From a virus (lineage: Duplodnaviria; Caudoviricetes), in IMG/VR virus record IMGVR_UViG_3300042505_000942, positions 1 through 50,124 of that record: 50,124 nt of DNA; one strand, 5' to 3'. Each line of letters opens with the position of its first letter. The stretch's first letter is position 1. The notes beneath the pieces are model-generated. The model had not been told where the DNA came from. It was given only the letters and a program-made list of their open reading frames with translations, and did no database searches. A program made the translations under genes and the position numbers. Positions 1 to 8,181 of the stretch are shown here, piece by piece.

Positions 1-447
1 TTGCAAGCGCTCTTTGTGACGCTCTGTGACACGTTCCCTTACTGACCATGAGATAGCCTCGATTCTTTTGTTATACCATTCAGGTGTTGTGGGAGCTTCC
101 ACCAAACATAAAGACCATGTCTCTGCGTAAGACAATGCTCCCTTGGCGGAGTACTCTTCCAAAACTATAAAGTCAAAGTCCTTAATATCTCTATTGTCAA
201 ACATCTCTTTCATAGTGTTGCTGGATGATGTATAAGTGCGCCACTTAGATTCTACACCTTTGTTTAACTTCCCAGAACCTCTATATGACTTCTTTCCAAG
301 ATAGAAACGGCCCATATAATTGTCACGAATAACATAAATAAAACCAGTCTTATCGATAGACCCCATTTGTTCCGGAAATTTCCAGTGTCCATTGCTGAAT
401 AGAGGTTTAGGGATGAGTTTAGGAACTGCGCCTGTATAAGCGGCCAT
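1..447 (-). CDS. GIY-YIG family (Seg-like) endonuclease, 3'-truncated by window edge; not in ORF track
   Basis: Manual translation from ATG 447 (GGAG upstream): MAAYTGAVPK...KTGFIYVIRDNYMGRFYLGKKSY...WRTYTSSS...LEEY..KGALSYAE...WYNKRI; open to base 1. Confidence 0.8.
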   Translation of the reverse strand, partial: MAAYTGAVPKLIPKPLFSNGHWKFPEQMGSIDKTGFIYVIRDNYMGRFYLGKKSYRGSGKLNKGVESKWRTYTSSSNTMKEMFDNRDIKDFDFIVLEEYSAKGALSYAETWSLCLVEAPTTPEWYNKRIEAISWSVRERVTERHKERLQ

Positions 448-543
448 ATAAAAAGTCTCCAAGCGTCAATAGGTTTAATTCTGTGAGGTACTAACCACAA
501 ATCTTTTGTATTTACCATTGTTGTAAGTCTCCGAAAAGAGTAT

Positions 544-569
544 AGGCAGTTAAGAAGCATGCCCAGGCT
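544..569 (-). ncRNA. Compact H-type pseudoknot motif, copy 2
   Basis: AGCCUGGGCAUGCUUCUUAACUGCCU: S1 AGC/GCU, S2 GGGCA/UGCCU; same pattern as 11478-11505; just after a stop codon. Confidence 0.5.
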
Positions 570-576
570 GTTTTAA

Positions 577-786
577 TTAAGAAATTTCGATCAGATGATA
601 CAGAGTGTGATCTCCGTCATGCCACCCTTTACCTAGTCTTGCTTTTTCCAAAACAGCCTTTGTATCGATGTCCCTCTCAGGAAGCTCTAAAAGGTCAATA
701 CTAGGCATTTCTGAGAATACAAGTTCTTTGACAATCTCGTCATTCTCGTCGTCAGCGCTGAATAAGATAAACATAAAATCCTCCAA
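577..786 (-). CDS. Small acidic hypothetical protein
   Basis: 69-aa ORF in operon orientation. Confidence 0.55.
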   Translation of the reverse strand: MEDFMFILFSADDENDEIVKELVFSEMPSIDLLELPERDIDTKAVLEKARLGKGWHDGDHTLYHLIEIS

Positions 787-795
787 AAGGGTTAA

Positions 796-1593
796 TTAAA
801 CCCAATCATCAATACTAAAAACGTCGTCTAGGGTTTTTTGGATATGTATCAACATACCATTAAACTCCAAAGCTTCTATCCAACCATCTCCAAAATACTT
901 CTGGTATTGCTCTTGGACTACAAATTGAAACTCCTCTTCAGACTCGCAACCCACTAATAACTTTTGGGCAGTCTTTGGACCGATCTTTGGGATACCTTGA
1001 ATAGCATCCACAGGGTCCCCTTGCAACAACTGCTCATAGTAGAAACGCATTGCGTACTCTTCGGTTATCGTTTCTTCTTCATCCTTGTGAATATAATAAT
1101 GTTTCCCCGGAATACATTTCAGATCTTTGTCGATAGAGCATATCACAAACTCTTCACCGGCGGCTCTGCACTCTTCAGCTTTGATTCTGATTAGATCATC
1201 AGCCTCTCGACCGTGCGCCGGTATTGCCAATCCTTCCAATTCTAGAAGCTGTCGCAGCATTGGTAAGAACTTATTTGGGGTTTTACTCTTGCGATGTCCT
1301 TTGTATCCCGGAAACAAATCATCTCTGAAGTTTCCGATACCTTTGATATACACCACTCTAGTGTCGCACCAAAGGCGTTCTTGAATCTTATCTAACATAC
1401 GTTTCAAGTTTGTATAGCAGGTCTCCAAGTATAGCCGATCTTCTTCTTCAGTAAATATAGGCTCCCCATTTTCATCCAATTGGCGCGGGGGGAGTTTTGA
1501 TCCTGTAATTTCACAGTCAGTTATTAAACCTGCGGTTCTGTTGTAACATGCGCGATGTACAACCACGTCTCCGTCAATTATTGCTATTGCCAT
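796..1593 (-). CDS. 5'-3' exonuclease (T7 gp6/FEN-like)
   Basis: IIDGD, NFR...YKGHR, EADD, SIDKDL, GDPVDAIQGIPKIGPKTA (helix-hairpin-helix). Confidence 0.92.
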   Translation of the reverse strand: MAIAIIDGDVVVHRACYNRTAGLITDCEITGSKLPPRQLDENGEPIFTEEEDRLYLETCYTNLKRMLDKIQERLWCDTRVVYIKGIGNFRDDLFPGYKGHRKSKTPNKFLPMLRQLLELEGLAIPAHGREADDLIRIKAEECRAAGEEFVICSIDKDLKCIPGKHYYIHKDEEETITEEYAMRFYYEQLLQGDPVDAIQGIPKIGPKTAQKLLVGCESEEEFQFVVQEQYQKYFGDGWIEALEFNGMLIHIQKTLDDVFSIDDWV

Positions 1594-1681
1594 TGTTCTT
1601 TCCTATTTCGTAGCCTACATAAAAACCAAATGCCAGTACTAGCATTGAATACATTGAGCACCAGAACGCTACTTCAAACAT
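1574..1681 (-). CDS. Small membrane peptide (35 aa), below ORF-track cutoff
   Basis: MFEVAFWCSMYSMLVLAFGFYVGYEIGKNNGNSNN fills the gap between neighbours and overlaps both. Confidence 0.45.
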   Translation of the reverse strand: MFEVAFWCSMYSMLVLAFGFYVGYEIGKNNGNSNN

Positions 1682-1838
1682 TTCCAGGCTCCACCAGCCA
1701 ATGCAAGATATTGTCATATAGGCTATCTGTAGAGAGATCATAAGTATACTTTAAGTAGTCAGCCAAGTTCTTTAAATCAGCTTGAGTCAACAAGAACTCT
1801 GTAGCGGCCGCTCCCTCAGGCTTTAAGGTATTGCTCAT
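1674..1838 (-). CDS. Hypothetical protein (probable start MSNTLK)
   Basis: ATG at 1838 with GGAG upstream, ATGA overlap with the MazG-like stop. Confidence 0.55.
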   Translation of the reverse strand: MSNTLKPEGAAATEFLLTQADLKNLADYLKYTYDLSTDSLYDNILHWLVEPGNV

Positions 1839-2119
1839 TTTAATACTCCCATTTGCCGAGACACTTGCATTAAGCGTTCTGTTCTCTCGATCTTTTCGAC
1901 GAGTCGCGCCGGACAGTGCATCCACTCGATATCTACCTCTGCCAGCATTTTCATGATAGCGCAGAGGTCAGTCCACTCCAGAGCCAGCTCGTCCAGGTTA
2001 GAATGCCCATCATCTTTGTAGTCATGCCCTGTAGTGAATCTTAAACATTTGGAAGCTTGTTGTTGCACTTCAGCAAGCTCCTCCATTAAACAAATAAGTA
2101 AATACTGTTGTCTATTCAT
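1835..2119 (-). CDS. MazG-like nucleotide pyrophosphohydrolase
   Basis: LMEELAEVQQ...SKCLRF...LALEWTDL (EExxE...ExxD pattern). Confidence 0.75.
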   Translation of the reverse strand: MNRQQYLLICLMEELAEVQQQASKCLRFTTGHDYKDDGHSNLDELALEWTDLCAIMKMLAEVDIEWMHCPARLVEKIERTERLMQVSRQMGVLK

Positions 2120-2219
2120 TTTTTAATTCCAAAGAAAAGTTGACGACATCTTGTAGAGCAGAAAGTCTCAGATGCTGTGGATTTTAAAGCCCGTAGGCAC
2201 GTTTTACATCTAGTGAATT

Positions 2220-2741
2220 TCATAACGGAAAGTTCAGTCTGACGAAATCTCCATGATGCTTGATAGCAGCTGCATCGTAAGCTCTAGCATCTTCGCGCAA
2301 TCCTTCAGGTGTGTTCGGAAAGGTTCCCAAATTTATATTCACCCCATTCACCTTAATGGCGGCACGACAACTATTAGGTCTATTTTTTCGAATAGTCACA
2401 CCTTTATACCCAGATGTTGAGTTATAATCTTTAGGCCTATTTCTTGCGTTTTCTAACGAATTTGCTAAGCGAAGATTCTCCAATCTGTTGTTGGATTTAT
2501 TGCAATCAATATGATCAATGACGAAACCGTCAGGAATTTTACCGTTATGCATCTCCCATATTATTCGGTGGACTGACGTGCGCGTGGTGCCTACGGTTAT
2601 CCTAATGTGTCCTTTAGGGTCTAAAGAGCCGGCGGTATCGCCTACCTTTAAAGAGTTGGTAGATGGGTTCGCCCATATTAAATCTCCTGTTACACTATCA
2701 TAGTCAAACAGGAAATTCCACTTTACTTCAAGATCTATCAT
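2220..2741 (-). CDS. Free-standing HNH endonuclease with C-terminal AP2 domain
   Basis: HRIIWEMHNG..VIDHIDCNKSNNRLENLR; TSGYKGV...AAIKVNG..NLGTF...ARAYDAAA. Confidence 0.92.
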   Translation of the reverse strand: MIDLEVKWNFLFDYDSVTGDLIWANPSTNSLKVGDTAGSLDPKGHIRITVGTTRTSVHRIIWEMHNGKIPDGFVIDHIDCNKSNNRLENLRLANSLENARNRPKDYNSTSGYKGVTIRKNRPNSCRAAIKVNGVNINLGTFPNTPEGLREDARAYDAAAIKHHGDFVRLNFPL

Positions 2742-2752
2742 AATAATGCCTC

Positions 2753-4621
2753 CTAATGAATTTCATACCAATTTTTACCAATTTTAGATTCGCCGTCCAT
2801 TATCTCAACCCCAAATATCTTAGGGCCGTCAATGAATGCTTGTTTTGCAATTTCAGCAGCTTGCTGTTCATACCCAAGAGGCACTTGGAAATCAAGTTCA
2901 TCGTGATAGAATACGCAAGGTTTGTATGGAATTTTTGCTTCTGTCAATCTTTCAGCTGTCAACCGCAATGCGGTGGCACAAGTGATCTTCTCCAAAGACT
3001 GCAGCAGGTATACCAATAGTTTATGACTAGAGTCTACATAGATTCGGTTGCCGGCAATGCTTGGGATATATCCATAGCCCAGTTGGCTAGTCTTGAAATA
3101 AATATTGTTAAGCTTCTTAACCAAATCAGCAAATCCTGGAACCGCCTTTGTAAAGCCTAGTTTTAGCTTATTACCAAGCACTTGGTTTTGAGTCTTGAAT
3201 AGATAACTCCACATTTTCGCACCCGCAGCACCAAACAAGAAACTGTACAAAACCCTCTTTGCATCACTTCTAGGAACAGTGTGATCGACTCCTATACTTT
3301 TCAAAACAGCTGTTAACTTGTCAGCATTATACTGATGGATATCACCATTTAGTAAAGTATCTATGAACTCCTTGTCCCCTAAGTAATGCGCCAGTCCCCT
3401 TGCCTGATTCCCTGCGCTATCGCTGCCCACCAAGATCCACCCTTCGTCGCATTTGAACAATGAACGCATTTCTTTACCCCATTTAGAATTAGCCGTTGGC
3501 ACATTCACAATAATTGAGTGTCTTGTGCGCATGCTCGGCGTCCCTACTAGCATACTATCGCCATGCAGATTGCCACGCTCATCCACGTTTTCCAACCATG
3601 TTGTTACAATACTATGTCTGGATTTTGTAGTTAAGAAATCACTATAGACTTGGGCAGCACCGCCCAAGAACTCGATACTATCCATAGTAATCTTGGGACT
3701 TGTTTTGACTTTGTTTCGTTGCCCTTCTTCTTTCTTGAAGTTCCATTCAGTGGGCTCCCATCCATGCCTATATAGAAACAACTTCACATCGTCTACTGAA
3801 TTTAGATTTAAATCAGCGAATTTGACTCTACAGTAAGGCCCGATTACAAGTCTATCGTCATCCTCAAAACCTTCCCAAGGGTCTATCTCAAACCATCTTG
3901 CTGTGTGAGAATCGTACGCGCCGCTCTTAATAAACTTTGGAGCCTTCTCTGCGACAACTCCATTTGCCTTATCGACTGCTATAGCCTTTGAGCCTAGCAT
4001 TGGCACTAGAGTCTCATACGCTATATCTAATTCTTTTTGAAGTGTTTGATGCAGGCTAGCGGCCGCCTCTACATCAAATGGCCACCCTTCAAGCTGCGCC
4101 TCTGCTTGCCATTTGGCTGCCGCGTGCTCTGACTTTAAATACTCAATAATTAAGGGAGCTTTTTTAGCCAGATTTCTTGCTTCATCACGGAGGATTTTGT
4201 ACACCATGACGTTTAGTTCTACGTCATTGTCACAGTAGTCAATCATCTCTTGGCTACACTGCGACCAGTCGTCAAACTCCATCTTAGGGAATTGTAAGAA
4301 CTCGCCCCATCGTTTGAGACTGTGGCCGTCCTTGCCGAAACGATTGTAGTCGAGTATTTGCGAGAGTAACAGAGTGTCGCGTACTTCTACTCGAGTATTC
4401 AACGTGAAACCAAAAAGTTTTCTCAAAACCATCAGGTCGTACCCAATAATGTTGTGCCCAGCGATCACATCTGCATCGTTCAATAAATCCTTCCACTTGT
4501 TGTCGCCTTTGAAGAAGTGAAACTTCTCTTTTGTTTCTACACAAGTTGCGCTTAGGATGTGCATTGTACTTACGGAACGTAGTAACCCGTCTGTCTCGAT
4601 ATCCCATACTAGTGTCCTCAT
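2753..4621 (-). CDS. Family A DNA polymerase (T7 gp5-like) with 3'-5' exonuclease
   Basis: ExoI WDIETDG, ExoII GHNIIGYD, ExoIII YCDND; motif A DSAGNQAR, motif B AKRVLYSFLFG, motif C HDE; start moved to ATG 4621. Confidence 0.95.
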   Translation of the reverse strand: MRTLVWDIETDGLLRSVSTMHILSATCVETKEKFHFFKGDNKWKDLLNDADVIAGHNIIGYDLMVLRKLFGFTLNTRVEVRDTLLLSQILDYNRFGKDGHSLKRWGEFLQFPKMEFDDWSQCSQEMIDYCDNDVELNVMVYKILRDEARNLAKKAPLIIEYLKSEHAAAKWQAEAQLEGWPFDVEAAASLHQTLQKELDIAYETLVPMLGSKAIAVDKANGVVAEKAPKFIKSGAYDSHTARWFEIDPWEGFEDDDRLVIGPYCRVKFADLNLNSVDDVKLFLYRHGWEPTEWNFKKEEGQRNKVKTSPKITMDSIEFLGGAAQVYSDFLTTKSRHSIVTTWLENVDERGNLHGDSMLVGTPSMRTRHSIIVNVPTANSKWGKEMRSLFKCDEGWILVGSDSAGNQARGLAHYLGDKEFIDTLLNGDIHQYNADKLTAVLKSIGVDHTVPRSDAKRVLYSFLFGAAGAKMWSYLFKTQNQVLGNKLKLGFTKAVPGFADLVKKLNNIYFKTSQLGYGYIPSIAGNRIYVDSSHKLLVYLLQSLEKITCATALRLTAERLTEAKIPYKPCVFYHDELDFQVPLGYEQQAAEIAKQAFIDGPKIFGVEIMDGESKIGKNWYEIH

Positions 4622-4683
4622 TTCCAAACCCCAATAAAAGCCCCACAGATACAACTAGACTGCCCACACACTCTACATTTCAT
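4618..4683 (-). CDS. 21-aa Cys-rich micro-ORF translationally coupled to DNA polymerase
   Basis: MKCRVCGQSSCICGAFIGVWK; GGAG 7 nt upstream; its TGA overlaps the polymerase ATG (ATGA). Confidence 0.5.
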   Translation of the reverse strand: MKCRVCGQSSCICGAFIGVWK

Positions 4684-4734
4684 TTTGTGTCTCCGAAAGA
4701 TGCCGCAGATTGTTAAGGCCTGCGGCTTACCTAT

Positions 4735-5415
4735 TTATATTGTACCTAAAATTTCATCTACTTCCGATACGGTAATTGGACGTTTTGCGTGTTTATATGC
4801 AATGAGATATTTTAGATAGAACAGAGCTTTTGATAGTTCTTGAATCTCAGCGTCTTTTTGACCGTTTCTGTCAAGATACTTTCTGATCTGAAGCTCAACA
4901 GCAGCTTCAAACTTCACAGGGTCTTTCAGTGTAGGTATTCTGCTCATCGCATCTATCCATTGTAGGTCTCCAATGTATCCTTTATAATGTTTCGGGCTCA
5001 CAGCTGACATAATTTCTGATTTCATAAGATCTTCTCCTTGACAAAATTTAATAAAACATTCATACGAAAGGACATCTAAGGTGTGCCCATCTAGTGTAGA
5101 GATACCGATGTATCCAATACCTTTAAATGTAGACTCATTAATGTTCTCCATTGCAATAGGTATTGGATCTCGTTTGCCGTATTTGTAACAGAAATAATAC
5201 TTCGAGGCATCTATTGAGAACTTAGGAAGCCAATGGGTTCTCTCAACCATTTCTTCCCAAGCTAAAAAATCTTCGTAGCGTTTAAATGTACCTAAAATCT
5301 TATCATTACTAACTATACGTAGTTCAGCCTTTCCCCACAAGCTTTGGTGTTCTAACGTGCTTCTATCGACACACTTAGAAAAGCCGATACTGTTATCTAT
5401 AAACTCATAATACAT
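4735..5415 (-). CDS. Protein with C-terminal DUF3310-like domain
   Basis: AVSPKHY...WIDAM...KYLDRNGQKD..QELSKALFYLKYLI at C-terminus; N-terminal ~130 aa unrecognised. Confidence 0.7.
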   Translation of the reverse strand: MYYEFIDNSIGFSKCVDRSTLEHQSLWGKAELRIVSNDKILGTFKRYEDFLAWEEMVERTHWLPKFSIDASKYYFCYKYGKRDPIPIAMENINESTFKGIGYIGISTLDGHTLDVLSYECFIKFCQGEDLMKSEIMSAVSPKHYKGYIGDLQWIDAMSRIPTLKDPVKFEAAVELQIRKYLDRNGQKDAEIQELSKALFYLKYLIAYKHAKRPITVSEVDEILGTI

Positions 5416-5434
5416 AATGCCTCCGAATTCTGAT

Positions 5435-5460
5435 TAAAAACGGAGCCCCGAAGGACTCCG
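5435..5460 (-). terminator. Intrinsic terminator after SSB
   Basis: CGGAGUCC-UUCG-GGGCUCCG-UUUUU; near-identical to 12609-12634. Confidence 0.85.
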
Positions 5461-5471
5461 TAAATTACTGC

Positions 5472-5990
5472 TTAATAGGCAACATCATCATCAACTACCG
5501 CTGATGTTTCACCGTCACTATATACTACTTCTGTATCACCAGCATCACTGAAAGAATCTTCATGATCTTTCGGCACGAACACATTGTGTACTAACAATTG
5601 CAATCCCATCAATACACCTGCCTTAGCGGATGTACCATCGGGCTTCGTATAGTCACGAATAAATACACGAACATTAGCGATACTACCGTTACCAATACTT
5701 TTAGTATCAGACACTGGTTTACATTTACCGTCAACTACTTCAACCGGATCGGCTGGAGAGCCATCGGCTTTGGTGGTACGTTTACTCAAGTTGATTCTGT
5801 AATACTGTTCGTCTGTTGTTTCATCTTCAACAAGCTTAACAGTAAGTCCTAAAGCTTTCCAAGCTTTTGCCACTTCTTTGTCTTTTGTGCGACCTTGAAG
5901 ATTCCAGCGAGGATTTGCTGGATCATATTTGTCTGGAAAGTTAGGGTGAACTTTTACGAAGTGAATTTCAACTTTTGTTAATAGTGCCAT
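5472..5990 (-). CDS. Single-stranded DNA-binding protein (T7 gp2.5-like)
   Basis: VVDGK...SIGNGSIANVRV...LMGLQL; acidic tail ending in an aromatic residue (DDDVAY). Confidence 0.8.
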   Translation of the reverse strand: MALLTKVEIHFVKVHPNFPDKYDPANPRWNLQGRTKDKEVAKAWKALGLTVKLVEDETTDEQYYRINLSKRTTKADGSPADPVEVVDGKCKPVSDTKSIGNGSIANVRVFIRDYTKPDGTSAKAGVLMGLQLLVHNVFVPKDHEDSFSDAGDTEVVYSDGETSAVVDDDVAY

Positions 5991-6078
5991 TTTAATACTC
6001 CAATTGGAAAGAAAATTTAAGTTATTTGATTCCTTCCCCTCGGAGGGATGCCCCGAATTCGGGTTAATTTAACAAACG

Positions 6079-6468
6079 TTAACCAGACTCTTTTACACTT
6101 AACAGCACAAACGGATTAGCTTCCGTAAGGTATCCGGGGATGTAGAATGTAGGACCTCCCGAATTGCTTGTGCACATGTGGATGACTGCAACAGAAGTTT
6201 TGTACAAAAACTCACATTGATCAAATGCGCCATAATCACACATCAAGTTTGTTGTTCTTGACAAGTCATTTTGAAATGTTATTTGCGCGAAGTCCTGAAA
6301 GTCTTCCAAGACATGTACATGCCCACCGAACATGCTCATGAATGAGTCTCTATTGCTAACTTCCGTGGCCCACTCACGGATGTGTTTACGAATGATTAAA
6401 GCATCGTCATGTGCTCTTAAAAGAATAGCTTTGTTAGAAAGCTCTAATAGTGAATCTATAATTATCAT
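6079..6468 (-). CDS. Hypothetical protein
   Basis: 129-aa ORF abutting upstream gene. Confidence 0.65.
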   Translation of the reverse strand: MIIIDSLLELSNKAILLRAHDDALIIRKHIREWATEVSNRDSFMSMFGGHVHVLEDFQDFAQITFQNDLSRTTNLMCDYGAFDQCEFLYKTSVAVIHMCTSNSGGPTFYIPGYLTEANPFVLLSVKESG

Positions 6469-6756
6469 TTACTTCTCCCAAACATAAAGGTCAAATACTA
6501 CATCTTCGTTATTTACAATTGTCTGCCCACAGAGCAGAGCTATCGCATTCTTAGTCGTTATTACATTACTTGTGGACTCTAGTAAGTCCGAGATTGAAGG
6601 TTTACTTTCGTACACAGCATACAGAAGCGTTCCAACTTTTGGAGCTTCAAACGCATCGGTTTCCCAAGAAGCTACTAGAATCCAAAGTTGTTTACTCATA
6701 ACTTTTCTACTAATATCCTGAGCGTATCGCTCAAATGATAACTGATTTCCACTCAT
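6469..6756 (-). CDS. Hypothetical protein
   Basis: 95-aa ORF with AGGAG upstream. Confidence 0.65.
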   Translation of the reverse strand: MSGNQLSFERYAQDISRKVMSKQLWILVASWETDAFEAPKVGTLLYAVYESKPSISDLLESTSNVITTKNAIALLCGQTIVNNEDVVFDLYVWEK

Positions 6757-6765
6757 AACTGCTCC

Positions 6766-7445
6766 TTACGCAAATGCGTATTCAGATTCTAAAATATCAT
6801 CGATGCAGAGAGTACCTATCTCAACACCTTCCAAATTCCCATTTATTTCTTCCATTAAAGAGTATAAAGGATTCTCAGCGTACAACTCCACAAAAGCTTC
6901 TCTTACTACATTAAACAATACAGGCATGTCTGCCAATAAGCAACCGTATGAATCATGAATGGTTGTTATATTGAAGTCGCACCTTACTGTCGTTAACATC
7001 AAATGCGCCGCATCCAAACTATGAATACAATTAGGTGCAGCCCCTTGTGCCTGTTTACCCTTACTCATAACCGGTAACTCAGGATGACATACGTGCAATT
7101 GCAACGTATTAGTGTAATGACCTGTGGACAGCTTAGGTCCTCTCGGAGCGCCGTATTGTGTCCAGACTTTCTTAACAGTCCCTTCTTCGTAGTTCTGCAC
7201 CACCGGGAAATTTGTTATAGGAACTGTCCAGCTCAGAAAACGACCCTCTGATTCTGCTTTCTTACCTGCGGCTTCAAATATTGACAGAAGCTGCATAGGT
7301 CTCTTCAATGAGGTCTTACAATCATCGAAGATTAATCTTCCCAACCAAGCACCCCATGCGTGCTCCATATAGAATAAATGGGGAATGCCATGTTTTTTAG
7401 CATCGGAGATTTGTTGTTCCCCGAGTCCAAAACTACTACCGCCAT
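6766..7445 (-). CDS. Single-subunit (T7-like) RNA polymerase, exon 2
   Basis: Resumes AT GGC GGT (completing Y-G-G); in frame with ORF 6766..7368; W..P..FPVVQ.Y, APNCIHSLDAAHL, motif C IHDSY. Confidence 0.93.
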
Positions 7446-8181
7446 CGTTGTGTTCAGCAAGATTCGCGAAATCTTACCCGTGTGAAATATCTTAATAGAT
7501 TTAGACTGTAAATTCGCCGTACAGTTCAAATGATTTATTTTTAACGCATTCGGAAGCTTCTTGAGCGGTGTCGAATAGACCTAAATATAATTTTTTACCA
7601 TTATATCCAAGTCTAGCTTGAAACTTTCCACTAGGTGTCTTAAGGACACCTTTATAACCTGTAGTGTTGTTGGCAGGTATTTTCGAGTTAATCTGGTTTT
7701 GATTTTGAGAACATAATCTAAGATTTTCAATTCTGTTGTTTAAAGGATCTCTGTCGATATGGTCAATTTGACTTCCAAAAGGTATTGGACCGTTGTGATA
7801 TTCCCAAATAGCTCTGTGTAACATATACGTCTTCTGTTTATGTTCAAACTGCACATACCCGTGACTGTTTACTGAGCCAACATACATATGCTGATTTGTA
7901 ATTACTTTTCTAAACAGTTCACCATCATCATACCAATAATGATCTTTCCAATTCATAAATTCTCCAAGTCGCTATTTCACACAGCTGCATATCACTATGC
8001 AGACCAGACTATATCATCACCTCTAAGGTGGAGTGCGCTTCCCAGCTGCTTAGCCAGTACATAATAGTCGTTACACCTTCTTTCAAACCATAATTCACAT
8101 CATTATTTGAAACCTTGGCTCGGTATTTTCTGCGGCGAGCAGACGTCCACCGAATTCACACTCTTTTACTTCCGCCAGTTA
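7446..8181 (-). mobile_element. Group I intron (IA-type, 736 nt) in the RNA polymerase gene
   Basis: 5' splice after U with P1 CUUCCGU/GCGGAAG; P3 GAGUGU/GCACUC; P4 UUCGGU/ACCGAG; P7 GACUA (8065-8069)/UAGUC (8007-8011) in AACGACUA and GAUAUAGUCU; P8; P9 CUGCAUA-GUGA-UAUGCAG; P9.1 GUGUGAAAUA/UAUUUCACAC encloses the HNH ORF; terminal G at 7446. Confidence 0.93.
7501..7956 (-). CDS. Intron-encoded HNH homing endonuclease with AP2 domain
   Basis: HRAIWEYHNG..QIDHIDRDPLNNRIENLR; TTGYKGV..FQARL..YLGLFDTA; looped out of P9.1. Confidence 0.92.
   Translation of the reverse strand: MNWKDHYWYDDGELFRKVITNQHMYVGSVNSHGYVQFEHKQKTYMLHRAIWEYHNGPIPFGSQIDHIDRDPLNNRIENLRLCSQNQNQINSKIPANNTTGYKGVLKTPSGKFQARLGYNGKKLYLGLFDTAQEASECVKNKSFELYGEFTV

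Noticed and set aside
2120-2741. Second intron around the HNH downstream of DNA polymerase
   Set aside because: The polymerase ends normally (GKNWYEIH); no P7/R/S elements found; the 2120-2219 spacer has weak pairing but no ribozyme core I can recognise
6031-6063. Palindrome CCCGAATTCGGG and adjacent hairpin upstream of SSB
   Set aside because: Single occurrence with no U-tract or matching motif; function cannot be supported
7332-7529. 65-aa ORF
   Set aside because: Spans the intron 3' structures and exon 2 in the wrong frame
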